Assembly (NCBI GenBank): GCA_037129835.1
Contig: JBAXUE010000005.1
Span: forward strand, 13,975 to 77,974
Reading direction: 5' to 3'
DNA length: 64,000 bases
DNA from: a bacterium
GTDB lineage: Bacteria; Patescibacteriota; CPR2; UBA1875; CAIMLA01
Shown here: piece after piece, positions 27,258-36,705 of the stretch
Numbering within the stretch: the first letter of the stretch is position 1
Layout of the letters: every line of letters starts with the position of its first letter
Program-made: the position numbers and the translations under genes
The notes under the pieces: model-generated
Database searches by the model: none
Told to the model about the DNA's origin: nothing
Seen by the model: only the letters and a program-made list of their open reading frames with translations

Positions 27258-28123
27258 CTTATGACGAAGTTATGCTTCGATTAGACAAACTAGCTAGTCA
27301 TGACCCAAAGGATTTGGCGGGCATGGCTCGTTTTGGCATCAACGTTGATAAAGCTTGGGTAATTAGTATGCCGAAGTTAAGAATATTAGCGAAAGAGATA
27401 CTCTCACATTACAAAATACAAAAAATTGATAATAATGTGTCATCCCTGGTCGCAAACCCAGGGATCTCTCCCGTACCATCCGACTTATCCAGCGTAGCTT
27501 TAGCGAAGATGAAAAGAGATCCTCACTTTCGTAAGGATGACACAATAAAGATCCAAGAGCTGCATACCCTCGCTCTAGAAGTTTGGGATTCCGGTATTCA
27601 CGAAGCTAGAATATTAGCTGGTTTGATTGATGATCCAAAGATGGTAACTGGGGAACAAATGGAGAAGTGGGTTCTAGGCTTTGATAGCTGGGATGTCTGC
27701 GACCAGACCTGCGGTAATTTGTTTGATAGGACAGAATTTGCCATAAAAAAAGCACACGAATGGTCAAAAAGATCCGAAGAATTTGTAAAAAGAGCAGGTT
27801 TTGTCTTAATGGCTGGACTTGCCGTTCACGACAAAAAGCTTGAAGACAACGTCTTTATAGAATTTTTAGATATTATAAAACGTGAGTCTGGTGATAAGCG
27901 TAATTTTGTACGCAAGGCTGTGAATTGGGCTCTACGGAGTATTGGTAAATCGAGGAACAAATATTTGTATGAAAAATCCATAAGGGTAGCTGAGGAGATC
28001 CTCGGTCAAGCCAAGGATGACAGCTTGGTATGGAGTGGCACAGAAATAAAGGCTATGAATTTCATCGCCGGTGATGCAAAAAGAGAACTAGAAAAAGATT
28101 ATATAAAGAATCGTTTTCTATAA
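27254..28123 (+). CDS. DNA alkylation repair protein (AlkD-like) with repeat-derived inserts
   Basis: GMARFGI, MP.LR.LAK, HEARILA, SWDVCD, EFVKRAGF, NFVRKAVNWALR.IGK. Confidence 0.9.
   Translation: MTYDEVMLRLDKLASHDPKDLAGMARFGINVDKAWVISMPKLRILAKEILSHYKIQKIDNNVSSLVANPGISPVPSDLSSVALAKMKRDPHFRKDDTIKIQELHTLALEVWDSGIHEARILAGLIDDPKMVTGEQMEKWVLGFDSWDVCDQTCGNLFDRTEFAIKKAHEWSKRSEEFVKRAGFVLMAGLAVHDKKLEDNVFIEFLDIIKRESGDKRNFVRKAVNWALRSIGKSRNKYLYEKSIRVAEEILGQAKDDSLVWSGTEIKAMNFIAGDAKRELEKDYIKNRFL
27439..27541 (+). repeat. Family B doublet inserted in frame in alkD, with a nested 30-nt element
   Basis: TGTGTCATCC...GGATGACACA termini; 73-nt core shared with the elp3 copy. Confidence 0.88.
27995..28021 (-). 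repeat. Family B singlet inside alkD
   Basis: Reverse complement GTCATCCTTGGCTTGACCGAGGATCTC, one mismatch from intergenic 45246-45272. Confidence 0.85.
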
Positions 28124-28172
28124 AAGAGAAAGGGAGCCACGCTAGGCCACCTTTCTGGTAGTGCATGTCTCC

Positions 28173-28580
28173 CTATGTTTCGAAACGTCCTCGTCCGCGA
28201 TATTCTGTGTTCCCCATCTGTTTATTGACACGATTGACGAGACTGAAAGAGAAGTTGGCTCTGGTTTTGTGAGCTTGTTGCTCAGAGACGAAAGTATCGT
28301 CCCATTCCTTTCTGATACTCTTGAACTTCTTTCCATTTACGAAGTTCTGAAGATCCAGAAGGTCATTTTCGGTTGCTTTTTTCCAGATGCTAGTAACTAG
28401 CCGAACCCGAATGCCATTAATAGTGGCAAGACCCGCTTTTCGTAAGGGGCCATAGAGCGAATCTGGGACTCTGACAAGAGTCTTTTTTACCAAACCGTTG
28501 ACTGGATTGGTAAAAAGTATGCAAAGTGCAAGAATCAGCCGATGCTCTTGGTCAACATCCTTTAGGATATTGGGAACCAT
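28173..28580 (-). CDS. Hypothetical protein (GC-richer cassette)
   Basis: Minus-strand TTGAAA-17-TAGAAT promoter and SD AAGGAGG. Confidence 0.7.
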   Translation of the reverse strand: MVPNILKDVDQEHRLILALCILFTNPVNGLVKKTLVRVPDSLYGPLRKAGLATINGIRVRLVTSIWKKATENDLLDLQNFVNGKKFKSIRKEWDDTFVSEQQAHKTRANFSFSLVNRVNKQMGNTEYRGRGRFET

Positions 28581-28786
28581 TCCAGCCTCCTTCTAGTAGT
28601 AGGTACGTGCGAGGATTCTAGCACGAAAACACAAATTTTTCAACCATATACGGTATTTATATTAATTATAAATTAGTAATATTCTAATAATTAATTTGAC
28701 ATCGTAATGTGTCGGTTTTAAAATGTTGTTAGTAAAGAGGTGGATGTCCCAAAATTTTGGGGCATTTTAAGAATAGAGGGGGATAA

Positions 28787-30391
28787 TTGGGTAAGCAGAC
28801 AAAATTCATTTTTGTAACCGGTGGGGTTATTTCTGGTCTCGGAAAAGGGATATTAGCAGCCTCTATTGGCAACATCCTAAAAAGCCGAGGCTTTTCGGTT
28901 AATATGCAAAAATGTGATCCTTATCTGAATGTAGATGCTGGCACACTGAATCCTGGCGAACATGGTGAAGTATTTGTTACGGATGATGGAGCCGAGACAG
29001 ATCTAGACCTTGGACATTATGAGCGCTTTACCGATACACCGATGACGAAGCTTAGCTCTGTTATGACCGGTCGTATTTATACCCAAGTACTTGAAGACGA
29101 GAGAAAAGGTAAATATTTAGGTAAGACTGTTCAGGTTATCCCACATATAACAAACAAAATTCAGGAAAATATAATCAAAGCAGCTGGCGATTTTGATATT
29201 CATATTGTCGAAATAGGCGGCACTGTTGGTGACTATGAAGGCTTGCATTTTATAGAAGCTATTCGTCAGATGAGACGAAAAGTCGGCAGAGAAAACGTTT
29301 TGTATGCACATCTTGTATTTTTGCCTTTTATTGAATCCACAAAGGAGCTTAAGACAAAGCCAGCGCAGAATAGCGTCCGTGATCTTCTTCAGCTTGGCAT
29401 TCATGCAAATATTATAGGTTGCCGTGCAGACCATGAAATAGGAGAAGAGCATCTCTTAAAAATAGCTTTATTTTCAGACGTAGATAATCAAGCAGTCTTT
29501 CCACTTCCAACAATAAAGAGTGTTTATGAAGTACCAAGAAATCTAGAAAATGCAGGTCTGGGCGAGTATATTACTAATCATTTACATCTACCGAAGAGGA
29601 ATCTAAAAACAAATGGACTGGAACACTATGTCGATAGTCTAACCAAGCTTAAGGGTGAGCTACGCGTTGGCCTAATAGCAAAATATATGTCCAATGAAGA
29701 CACATACAAGAGTGTCAATGAAGCATTGCAGTCAGCAGCGGTTAATAATGGTACTAGTGGGAAAATTGTTTGGATAGATGCAGAAAAGATAGAAAAGCAT
29801 GGAGTTGAAATATTAGAAGGTCTCGACGGGATTATCGTTCCTGGTGGTTTCGGTAATAGGGGTACAGAGGGCAAGATAATGGCTGCTTGTTATGCCAGAG
29901 AAAACAACATTCCGTATCTAGGCTTATGCCTTGGGATGCAGATCGCGGCTATTGAGTTCGCAAGAAACGTTATCGGCTGGGAAGATGCAAATAGCGGGGA
30001 GTTTGATACCAAGACGACCCATCAAGTGATCCATATTATGCCAGAACAACGAGTGAATATGGAAGATACTAACTATGGTGCTACTATGCGCCTTGGTGCC
30101 TATCCGTGTGTTTTAGATAAGAAGTCTCGCTCTATTATTCTATACGGTACTAATAAAATCAGCGAGAGACATCGCCATAGATACGAATTTAATAATGACC
30201 ATCGTGAGGAGTTTGTCGAGAATGGTATGCTCTTTGCTGGTCTTTCGCCGGACCATCATCTTGTTGAAATTTTAGAGCTTCCTGAACATAAATTCTATGT
30301 CGCCGTGCAGTTTCACCCAGAGTTCAAGTCTCGCCCGGGCAAGCCACATCCACTTTTTGATGGTTTTGTAAAAGCAATATTAGGTAAATAG
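28787..30391 (+). CDS. pyrG: CTP synthase
   Basis: FVTGGVISGLGKG, HGEVFVTDDGAETDLDLGHYERF, GLCLGMQ, RHRHRYE, QFHPE. Confidence 0.98.
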   Translation: MGKQTKFIFVTGGVISGLGKGILAASIGNILKSRGFSVNMQKCDPYLNVDAGTLNPGEHGEVFVTDDGAETDLDLGHYERFTDTPMTKLSSVMTGRIYTQVLEDERKGKYLGKTVQVIPHITNKIQENIIKAAGDFDIHIVEIGGTVGDYEGLHFIEAIRQMRRKVGRENVLYAHLVFLPFIESTKELKTKPAQNSVRDLLQLGIHANIIGCRADHEIGEEHLLKIALFSDVDNQAVFPLPTIKSVYEVPRNLENAGLGEYITNHLHLPKRNLKTNGLEHYVDSLTKLKGELRVGLIAKYMSNEDTYKSVNEALQSAAVNNGTSGKIVWIDAEKIEKHGVEILEGLDGIIVPGGFGNRGTEGKIMAACYARENNIPYLGLCLGMQIAAIEFARNVIGWEDANSGEFDTKTTHQVIHIMPEQRVNMEDTNYGATMRLGAYPCVLDKKSRSIILYGTNKISERHRHRYEFNNDHREEFVENGMLFAGLSPDHHLVEILELPEHKFYVAVQFHPEFKSRPGKPHPLFDGFVKAILGK

Positions 30392-30481
30392 CTAGCTTTA
30401 TTTAAATAAATATGAAAAGTATGTATTGACATACTTTAGTATTTTTTGTTATCATTAATTAGTTAATAAAAAGGAGAAGCG

Positions 30482-32158
30482 TTGGAAAAAATTAAAAGTC
30501 AAAAAATCTGCAAAGAAGAAAAAAAAGAAGGATTTTTCCAAAAATGGGGCACCGTCTTTGTTCTTTCGCTTGCTCTCGCGATTATCCTAATTGACGCAAC
30601 TCTTTTAAACGTTTCATTAACCACTTTGGTTAAGGATTTAAACACTAATTTCCAAAGTTTACAGTGGGTTATTACAGCATATTCATTGACTATAGCCGCA
30701 CTGACAATCACTGGCGGTCGCATTGGAGATCTATTTGGCCGGAAAAAAATGTTTATTTTGGGTGCTATAATTTTTGCTATTGGTTCTTTTATCGCCTCTA
30801 TAAGTCAAAACGTAACTCAGATGGTTATCGGCTGGTCTATTATTGAGGGTATTGGCGCAGCACTAATGATGCCCGCTACGGCATCACTTTTAGTTTCTAA
30901 ATACAAGGGTAGAGACAGAGGAATTGCATTCGGAATCTGGGGTGGTATAGCCGCCGCTTCTTCGGCTATTGGACCGCTTCTCGGCGGTTGGCTTACAACG
31001 AATTTTAGTTGGAGATATGGCTTCAGGATAAACGTATTTGTGGCCATTATACTTATTATTGGTTCTGTCTTAATTAATGAGTGTCGTGATGAAGAAGAAA
31101 AACCTTCATTAGATATTATTGGTGCAATCCTTTCTTCACTGGGGATGTTGGCCGTGGTATATGGTATTATCGAATCCTCAAAATATGGTTGGTGGTCTGC
31201 TAAAAAAGTCTTTGAGATTTTTGACAAAACTTTTAACTTTTCATGGGGTTTGTCGGTTACTCCTTATGCCCTTTTGGTTGGTGCAATTTTCTTAACACTA
31301 TTTATAATCTGGGAAAGAAGAGTTGAGAGAATCGGCAAAACACCGTTAGTGTCTCTTAAACTTTTCACTAACCGTCAATTTGTATCTGGAACGACAACTA
31401 CTGCAATTATGGCACTTGGACAAGCGGGATTAATATTCTCAATACCGTATTTCCTTCAAACTGTGCGAGGAGCAGACGCTTTTAATACCGGGCTTGCACT
31501 TCTGCCTATGTCAATCACAGCTCTTATCGTCGCACCTATAGGCGGCTTTATGTTGCACAAATATCCGCCAAAATTGTTTATCCAGTTGGGCTTAGTGTTT
31601 AATGCTCTTGCCTATATTATTTTGTACTTTACCCTAAACGTTAATAGCGTTGCGTCCGACTTTATCTTCGCGTTTGCCCTTATGGGTGTTGGGATGGGCC
31701 TTACTATGGCTACGATTAGTAACCTTACTCTTTCTGCCGTTTCAGTAGAACAATCGGGAGAAGCTTCCGGGGTAAATAATACTTTAAGGCAAGTTGGTGC
31801 TACTTTAGGGACTGCGATTATAGGGGCAGTAATGTTGGCTGCCGTAACTACAAATATTTCAGCTGGCATTCAGGATAGCAAAGTTATCCCAGCGGCCTTA
31901 AAAACAACAGCAGATGGCATGGTGGAAAATAATTCTATGGGATCAGGCTCTGGTGGTGAAATAAATATACCTAGTTTTATTCCAAATTCCGTAGGAATAA
32001 CCAAAGAAATAAAAAATATAAGCAAACAAGCGATCACTGACGCCAACAAAGAAGCACTTGCGTATGCAGTCGCCTTCGCATTCATCGGGCTATTGTCTTC
32101 TGTCTGGTTGCCAAATGGCAAAAATATAGAAGTAGGCAAGAGCCTAGCAAAGGAGTAA
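30482..32158 (+). CDS. MFS transporter, DHA2/EmrB-like
   Basis: D.T.LNV, W...AY.L, GRIGDLFGRKK, GP.LGG, many TM segments. Confidence 0.92.
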   Translation: MEKIKSQKICKEEKKEGFFQKWGTVFVLSLALAIILIDATLLNVSLTTLVKDLNTNFQSLQWVITAYSLTIAALTITGGRIGDLFGRKKMFILGAIIFAIGSFIASISQNVTQMVIGWSIIEGIGAALMMPATASLLVSKYKGRDRGIAFGIWGGIAAASSAIGPLLGGWLTTNFSWRYGFRINVFVAIILIIGSVLINECRDEEEKPSLDIIGAILSSLGMLAVVYGIIESSKYGWWSAKKVFEIFDKTFNFSWGLSVTPYALLVGAIFLTLFIIWERRVERIGKTPLVSLKLFTNRQFVSGTTTTAIMALGQAGLIFSIPYFLQTVRGADAFNTGLALLPMSITALIVAPIGGFMLHKYPPKLFIQLGLVFNALAYIILYFTLNVNSVASDFIFAFALMGVGMGLTMATISNLTLSAVSVEQSGEASGVNNTLRQVGATLGTAIIGAVMLAAVTTNISAGIQDSKVIPAALKTTADGMVENNSMGSGSGGEINIPSFIPNSVGITKEIKNISKQAITDANKEALAYAVAFAFIGLLSSVWLPNGKNIEVGKSLAKE

Positions 32159-32160
32159 TC

Positions 32161-32379
32161 ATGTTCCATAAACAACCAAAAATGTACGGAGTATCTAGTC
32201 TTGGCGAGAGAGGCCAGATAGTGATACCGGCGAAGATGCGTGAAGAAATTGGTCTAGAAAAGGGTGATAACTTTGTATTTGTTTCACGTGACAAATTTAT
32301 CGGAATGATTCGTGAGGAAGATATGACCGGTTATCTAAAGGAAATGCTCGACCAGATCGAAGATTTCAAGAAAGAATAG
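32161..32379 (+). CDS. AbrB/MazE/SpoVT-family DNA-binding protein
   Basis: GERGQIVIPAKMREEIGLEKGD. Confidence 0.9.
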   Translation: MFHKQPKMYGVSSLGERGQIVIPAKMREEIGLEKGDNFVFVSRDKFIGMIREEDMTGYLKEMLDQIEDFKKE

Positions 32380-32481
32380 CTAAAAACGAATTTGATTACG
32401 CGACTACGCCAAGTAAGGGATATCAGTTTCGTTTCTTGTAGTTATCTATCATAAAGCTTAGTTAATTGATAAAATAGATTT

Positions 32482-32955
32482 ATGTTACGAGATGATAAAT
32501 GGCTTTTCCAACTTTTTGATGATGTCTGGGACACCTTTTTTCCTGATGTGCCTCAAGAAAATGACGTAAAGATAGTTTGGGGTAGAAAAGCAAGAAGACG
32601 CCTCGGTTCAATAAAACATGGCGAAAAACGGCACGGAGAGCATCCACAGACAATAATTACTATAAATTCTCTTTTTAAAGACCCTTTTATACCAGATTAT
32701 ATTGTTACGGCGACTATAGCCCATGAGTTGGCTCATTATGCTCACGGCTTTGGCTCACCACTTGAGCGTAAGTTCGATAAACCTCATGAAGGCGGAGTAG
32801 TCCATAAGGAGCTAGAAAATCGCGGAGTCAATAAACTTGAAAAGATGCAAAAAAAGTGGCTCAAGGAGAACTGGACTGACTATTTGAACAAAAAAATGCC
32901 TCAAAAAACTTCTATAAGACGGATGAAGAGAAAGATATTATTCAAGTGGATATAA
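32482..32955 (+). CDS. SprT-like zinc metalloprotease domain protein
   Basis: RRRLGSI, IAHELAHY (HExxH), PH. Confidence 0.75.
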   Translation: MLRDDKWLFQLFDDVWDTFFPDVPQENDVKIVWGRKARRRLGSIKHGEKRHGEHPQTIITINSLFKDPFIPDYIVTATIAHELAHYAHGFGSPLERKFDKPHEGGVVHKELENRGVNKLEKMQKKWLKENWTDYLNKKMPQKTSIRRMKRKILFKWI

Positions 32956-33569
32956 AGGTTAAAATAATTCGAGTAGGCTTAGAGCGAACGAACTGCTACA
33001 TCGTTTCTGACAAAAATGGTAACACGTTCGTTATCGACCCCGGTGCAGAAGCAGATAAAATATTAGCTCAACTACAGGAAATAAAGAATATTAATCTTAA
33101 ATTTATCATTCTTACTCATGGTCATTTTGATCATGTTGGAGCAGTTGATGAGATAAAAAAAGTATATCCACATTGTATCGTCTATCTACCGGAATATGAT
33201 GAGGTTTTATATCGTGATTTGCCTGAGCAAGGTGCTTTCGTTGGGAGAGTCCTTATACCACAACATTCTGAGATAAACGCTGTTTCTGGCGGGCAATTTA
33301 TCAAATTTTGTGACGAGAATATAGAAATTATCGATACTCCTGGGCATACTCCAGGGGGTGTTTGCTACTTACTCGGAGGCAATCTGTTCACAGGTGATAC
33401 TTTGTTCTTTCATACGTATGGCAGAGTAGATTTGCCGCTCGCAGACCCTAAGAAAATGAAAGAGAGCCTAGATAAGCTTTTACGTATGTCGTCTGATTTG
33501 ACCGTCTACCCTGGTCATGGTCAAGCCACTACTATTGCCGAAGAGAAGGCGTATTACAAGTACTATTAA
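32946..33569 (+). CDS. MBL-fold metallo-hydrolase (glyoxalase II-like)
   Basis: THGHFDHVG, TPGHTPG, FTGDTLF, YPGHG. Confidence 0.93.
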   Translation: MDIKVKIIRVGLERTNCYIVSDKNGNTFVIDPGAEADKILAQLQEIKNINLKFIILTHGHFDHVGAVDEIKKVYPHCIVYLPEYDEVLYRDLPEQGAFVGRVLIPQHSEINAVSGGQFIKFCDENIEIIDTPGHTPGGVCYLLGGNLFTGDTLFFHTYGRVDLPLADPKKMKESLDKLLRMSSDLTVYPGHGQATTIAEEKAYYKYY

Positions 33570-33648
33570 GCTTGAAATATTATCATTTTGAGGCTATAAT
33601 GTTGCGGTCAGGCAATCGTGACAACAATCTCAAGGGGAGGCAGTTTGA

Positions 33649-33837
33649 GTGAACACGTATAAGTTTGTTCAGCTCGGATGTGGCGCTAGCATCTACTTTG
33701 CTGTTCTCTGTAACGGTAAGAAGATGAAGGGACTACGTAGCGAAAACTACGAAGGTATCCAGAAGAAGCTGGCACAGTATCTTCGGATAACCACAAGGCT
33801 CCATAGCGGCAAGTACAAGGTTATTCCTATCAACTGA
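33649..33837 (+). CDS. Small hypothetical protein (GC-richer cassette)
   Basis: TTGAAA-17-TATAAT promoter, SD GGGGAGG, GTG start. Confidence 0.6.
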   Translation: MNTYKFVQLGCGASIYFAVLCNGKKMKGLRSENYEGIQKKLAQYLRITTRLHSGKYKVIPIN

Positions 33838-33866
33838 TCCAGTAGGAGAGATTGGGGGGGAGTCCC

Positions 33867-34004
33867 GTGCACTCCGGTAAGATGCACGAGATTGAACGTG
33901 TGGGGAAGTTTCGCCAGGTTCGTACCTGCAAATGCTTGCTCTTCGGTATCATAAGCTCTCTCGTTAAGGTCGGTAAACGGCCACAACGCCTCGTTCGTCA
34001 CTGA
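33867..34004 (+). CDS. Small basic 45-aa ORF (not in track)
   Basis: SD GGGGGAG, GTG start, MHSGKMHEIERVGKFRQVRTCKCLLFGIISSLVKVGKRPQRLVRH; hairpin at 34014-34043 follows. Confidence 0.4.
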   Translation: MHSGKMHEIERVGKFRQVRTCKCLLFGIISSLVKVGKRPQRLVRH

Positions 34005-34058
34005 TTGCCTCATCTACGGTCGTCCCTTTCTGGGGCGACCGTGGGGAGCATTATAAAA

Positions 34059-34640
34059 ATGGTAATATATAAATCTTTTAATAATCCTAAGCTCGTTAAG
34101 CTCATAAAAGATGGTGGTATCGGAGTGATACCAACAGATACTATTTATGGGCTAATTTGTTCTGCAAATGATAAGGAAGCGATTGACGCACTTTATAAAA
34201 TTAAAGGCAGAGATACGGATAAGCCTCTCATAATACTTATCTCAAATATTAAAGAACTAAAAAACTTCGGTGTATTACTTTCAAAAATACAATTCGATTT
34301 TCTTAAAAATAACTGGCCTGGTAAAAAAAGTATAATATTTAACGCCGAACTCGGGGAAAATGATTATTTGCAGAGGGGCTCAAATACTCTGACGTTTCGG
34401 TTGCCCGCAGATAATAAGCTTCTCTCTCTATTGCAAAAAACCGGCCCGCTTGTCGCACCAAGCGCAAATCCACAGGGCAAAAGTCCTGCTGAAAATATTG
34501 ATGATATTATGAACTATTTTATTGGTCAAGTTGACTTTGTCGTAGATGGTGGGAACATTACTGGAGTGCCTTCTACTCTAGTAAGCCTCGTCGGTGATAA
34601 GCCAAAGGTATTACGCCAAGGCGAAGAAAAAATTATATAG
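34059..34640 (+). CDS. tsaC: L-threonylcarbamoyladenylate synthase (TsaC/Sua5)
   Basis: PTDTIYGL, IKGR...KPLI, WPG, APSAN, PST. Confidence 0.92.
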   Translation: MVIYKSFNNPKLVKLIKDGGIGVIPTDTIYGLICSANDKEAIDALYKIKGRDTDKPLIILISNIKELKNFGVLLSKIQFDFLKNNWPGKKSIIFNAELGENDYLQRGSNTLTFRLPADNKLLSLLQKTGPLVAPSANPQGKSPAENIDDIMNYFIGQVDFVVDGGNITGVPSTLVSLVGDKPKVLRQGEEKII

Positions 34641-34720
34641 TTTCTAAAAATTATTATATATCTACCTAATGTTCGACAACAAAGGTATAATATATATAGT
34701 AATTAATAAAAGGAGGATAT

Positions 34721-34864
34721 ATGAAGTTATCTACCGGAAGAGGAATTCAATTTTTTAAGAAACCTTTTTTTGTTAATCACAAGAAGTATGCTCAAAATAT
34801 TTACAAATCGGGCAGAAATAATATTGGGAAAGTATATCAAAACCTACTTGGTAAAAAGAAATAA
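34721..34864 (+). CDS. Small Lys-rich 47-aa protein (not in track)
   Basis: TATAAT upstream, SD AAGGAGG, MKLSTGRGIQFFKKPFFVNHKKYAQNIYKSGRNNIGKVYQNLLGKKK. Confidence 0.55.
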   Translation: MKLSTGRGIQFFKKPFFVNHKKYAQNIYKSGRNNIGKVYQNLLGKKK

Positions 34865-34873
34865 AGAGGCGGC

Positions 34874-35176
34874 ATGGGTTTAAAAGGCTTTATTAAATTT
34901 GTTCGTGAACAGGGCGTCGTGGGCTTAGCGGTAGGCTTTATTTTAGGAGGAGCTATCTCTGCAGTCGTTGCGTCGCTAGTAACCGATATAATAAATCCGC
35001 TTATCAGCGGAGTTCTTTCCAACACACAGCAACTTTATATTACCGTAGGAACAAGTAAAATTGCTTACGGAAGTTTTCTTGGAAGTATTATCAATTTTGC
35101 GATAATAGCTTTGGTGGTTTACAATATTGTTAGATTTTTTCACCTTGATACCTTCGATGAAAAAAAGAATAAATAA
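34874..35176 (+). CDS. mscL: Large-conductance mechanosensitive channel
   Basis: GF..F...GVVGLAVGFILG.A...VV.SLV.DII.P, YG.FL...INF.IIA. Confidence 0.9.
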   Translation: MGLKGFIKFVREQGVVGLAVGFILGGAISAVVASLVTDIINPLISGVLSNTQQLYITVGTSKIAYGSFLGSIINFAIIALVVYNIVRFFHLDTFDEKKNK

Positions 35177-35231
35177 CTCAGTTTTTTCTCAGCTATTTAT
35201 TATAAATTATTAAGTACAACCTCGGAGGAAG

Positions 35232-35894
35232 ATGCAACCAACACATAATAAATTACGTTTTGATATCGTCTTTATATTTATCTTACTAGCCATACCCATA
35301 GGAATATGGTTGATGATGCAACCTATTTCAGAACGTTTTAATACTTCAACGATGATACTAACCAGTATTGGACAGCTTACAGGCTTAGTAGGTATGACAC
35401 TGGTTGCACTTAGTATGATATTCCAGGTGAGATTGTCTAAATATTTTAACCTAGTTACCATTAAACCCACCGCTGTGACCGATATTCATCATTACTTAGG
35501 TGTTTATGGTCTTTTGTTGTTACTTATTCATCCCATTATTCTAGCTGTTCGATTTTTGCCCATTTCTTTGGCGCTTACTTCTAGTTTCTTATTTACTACT
35601 AATCTTATTAATTTGTCTGGCACAGTAGCTCTTTTTATTATGATCATATCGATATATGTATCGTTATTTGTACCTCGTACTTTTCGTTTCTGGAAGTTGT
35701 TGCATCAAATCATGCTTATTGCCTATGCCTTTATTTTATATCATTTATTATTCGTTAGCAGCGATATTACTAGAAGTGTTCCATTGAGATCATATATTTT
35801 GATTATAACAATATTGGGGGGAGTTGCTTTTGGATGGCAAAAAGTTTCTTATTATATTAATAAATTTGGTAAAAAAAATGAAATATCTAATTAG
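35232..35894 (+). CDS. Ferric reductase-like transmembrane domain protein
   Basis: Six TM segments, His pairs HHYLG...HP and WKLLH...YH. Confidence 0.82.
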   Translation: MQPTHNKLRFDIVFIFILLAIPIGIWLMMQPISERFNTSTMILTSIGQLTGLVGMTLVALSMIFQVRLSKYFNLVTIKPTAVTDIHHYLGVYGLLLLLIHPIILAVRFLPISLALTSSFLFTTNLINLSGTVALFIMIISIYVSLFVPRTFRFWKLLHQIMLIAYAFILYHLLFVSSDITRSVPLRSYILIITILGGVAFGWQKVSYYINKFGKKNEISN

Positions 35895-36198
35895 TATTAC
35901 AGCCTTTGTTATTTTAGCCGCTTTAGGGACAACGCTATTGGCAAGCCAGTTGATTGGAAGATATGGGAATGTTCGAAAGGTTACAGAATTGACTAAAAAT
36001 AAAAAGGAAATTATAAAAGTACAAAAAAATATCCAACCAACAGTAACTTCCGGCACAAGTGGCTCTGTTAGTAATGGTAATACTTCAGTAACGGTACCAT
36101 CTGTCACCACGAGCCCTTCTTCGACGCCAACTATCATCCACTCTGTAGAAAATTCGGAAGAAACTGATAGAGAAGATGAAGAGGAGAAAGATGATTGA
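35878..36198 (+). CDS. Membrane-anchored Ser/Thr-rich protein with acidic tail
   Basis: N-terminal TM, low-complexity linker, EETDREDEEEKDD. Confidence 0.6.
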   Translation: MKYLISITAFVILAALGTTLLASQLIGRYGNVRKVTELTKNKKEIIKVQKNIQPTVTSGTSGSVSNGNTSVTVPSVTTSPSSTPTIIHSVENSEETDREDEEEKDD

Positions 36199-36691
36199 TA
36201 AAATTACAAAAATTTTATTTGTGACTGTGGTATTTATTTTTGTTGTTTCATTCTCTGGTATTGGAATAGCCGCACTTTTTGACAAAAGCGTAGTTCAAAA
36301 AGTTGTAAAAACGGTTGTTACCAAAGAAGTAGAAGAAGATGAATCGGTGGCGACCCCTGAGCCAACAAATATCACTTCTTCAAATACTACAAACACGGGT
36401 ACTACTCAACAAAATATAACTAATAGCCCTGTAACCCCAACTGTTACTACTGCACCAACGAGTAGTGGATATACACTGGCAGACGTTTCTGCTCATGGTT
36501 CAAGTAATGGTTGCTGGGTAGTATATTCAGGAAATGTATATGCCTTAGGTAGCTATCCATCATCTAGTCATCCCGCTGGGCCAAACATTCCCTGCGGAGG
36601 AGATATGACAAGCTTATTAAATTCTTCACATAATCATTCTGGTTTAGCAATTTCTCTACTAAAGAGTTTTTATAAAGGGCCATTAATCTAA
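36191..36691 (+). CDS. Membrane-anchored cytochrome b5-like heme/steroid-binding protein
   Basis: YTLADV..H.....CWVV..GNVY, HPAG, CG.D.T, H. Confidence 0.8.
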   Translation: MIDKITKILFVTVVFIFVVSFSGIGIAALFDKSVVQKVVKTVVTKEVEEDESVATPEPTNITSSNTTNTGTTQQNITNSPVTPTVTTAPTSSGYTLADVSAHGSSNGCWVVYSGNVYALGSYPSSSHPAGPNIPCGGDMTSLLNSSHNHSGLAISLLKSFYKGPLI

Positions 36692-36705
36692 TTTGGAGGG
36701 ATAAT

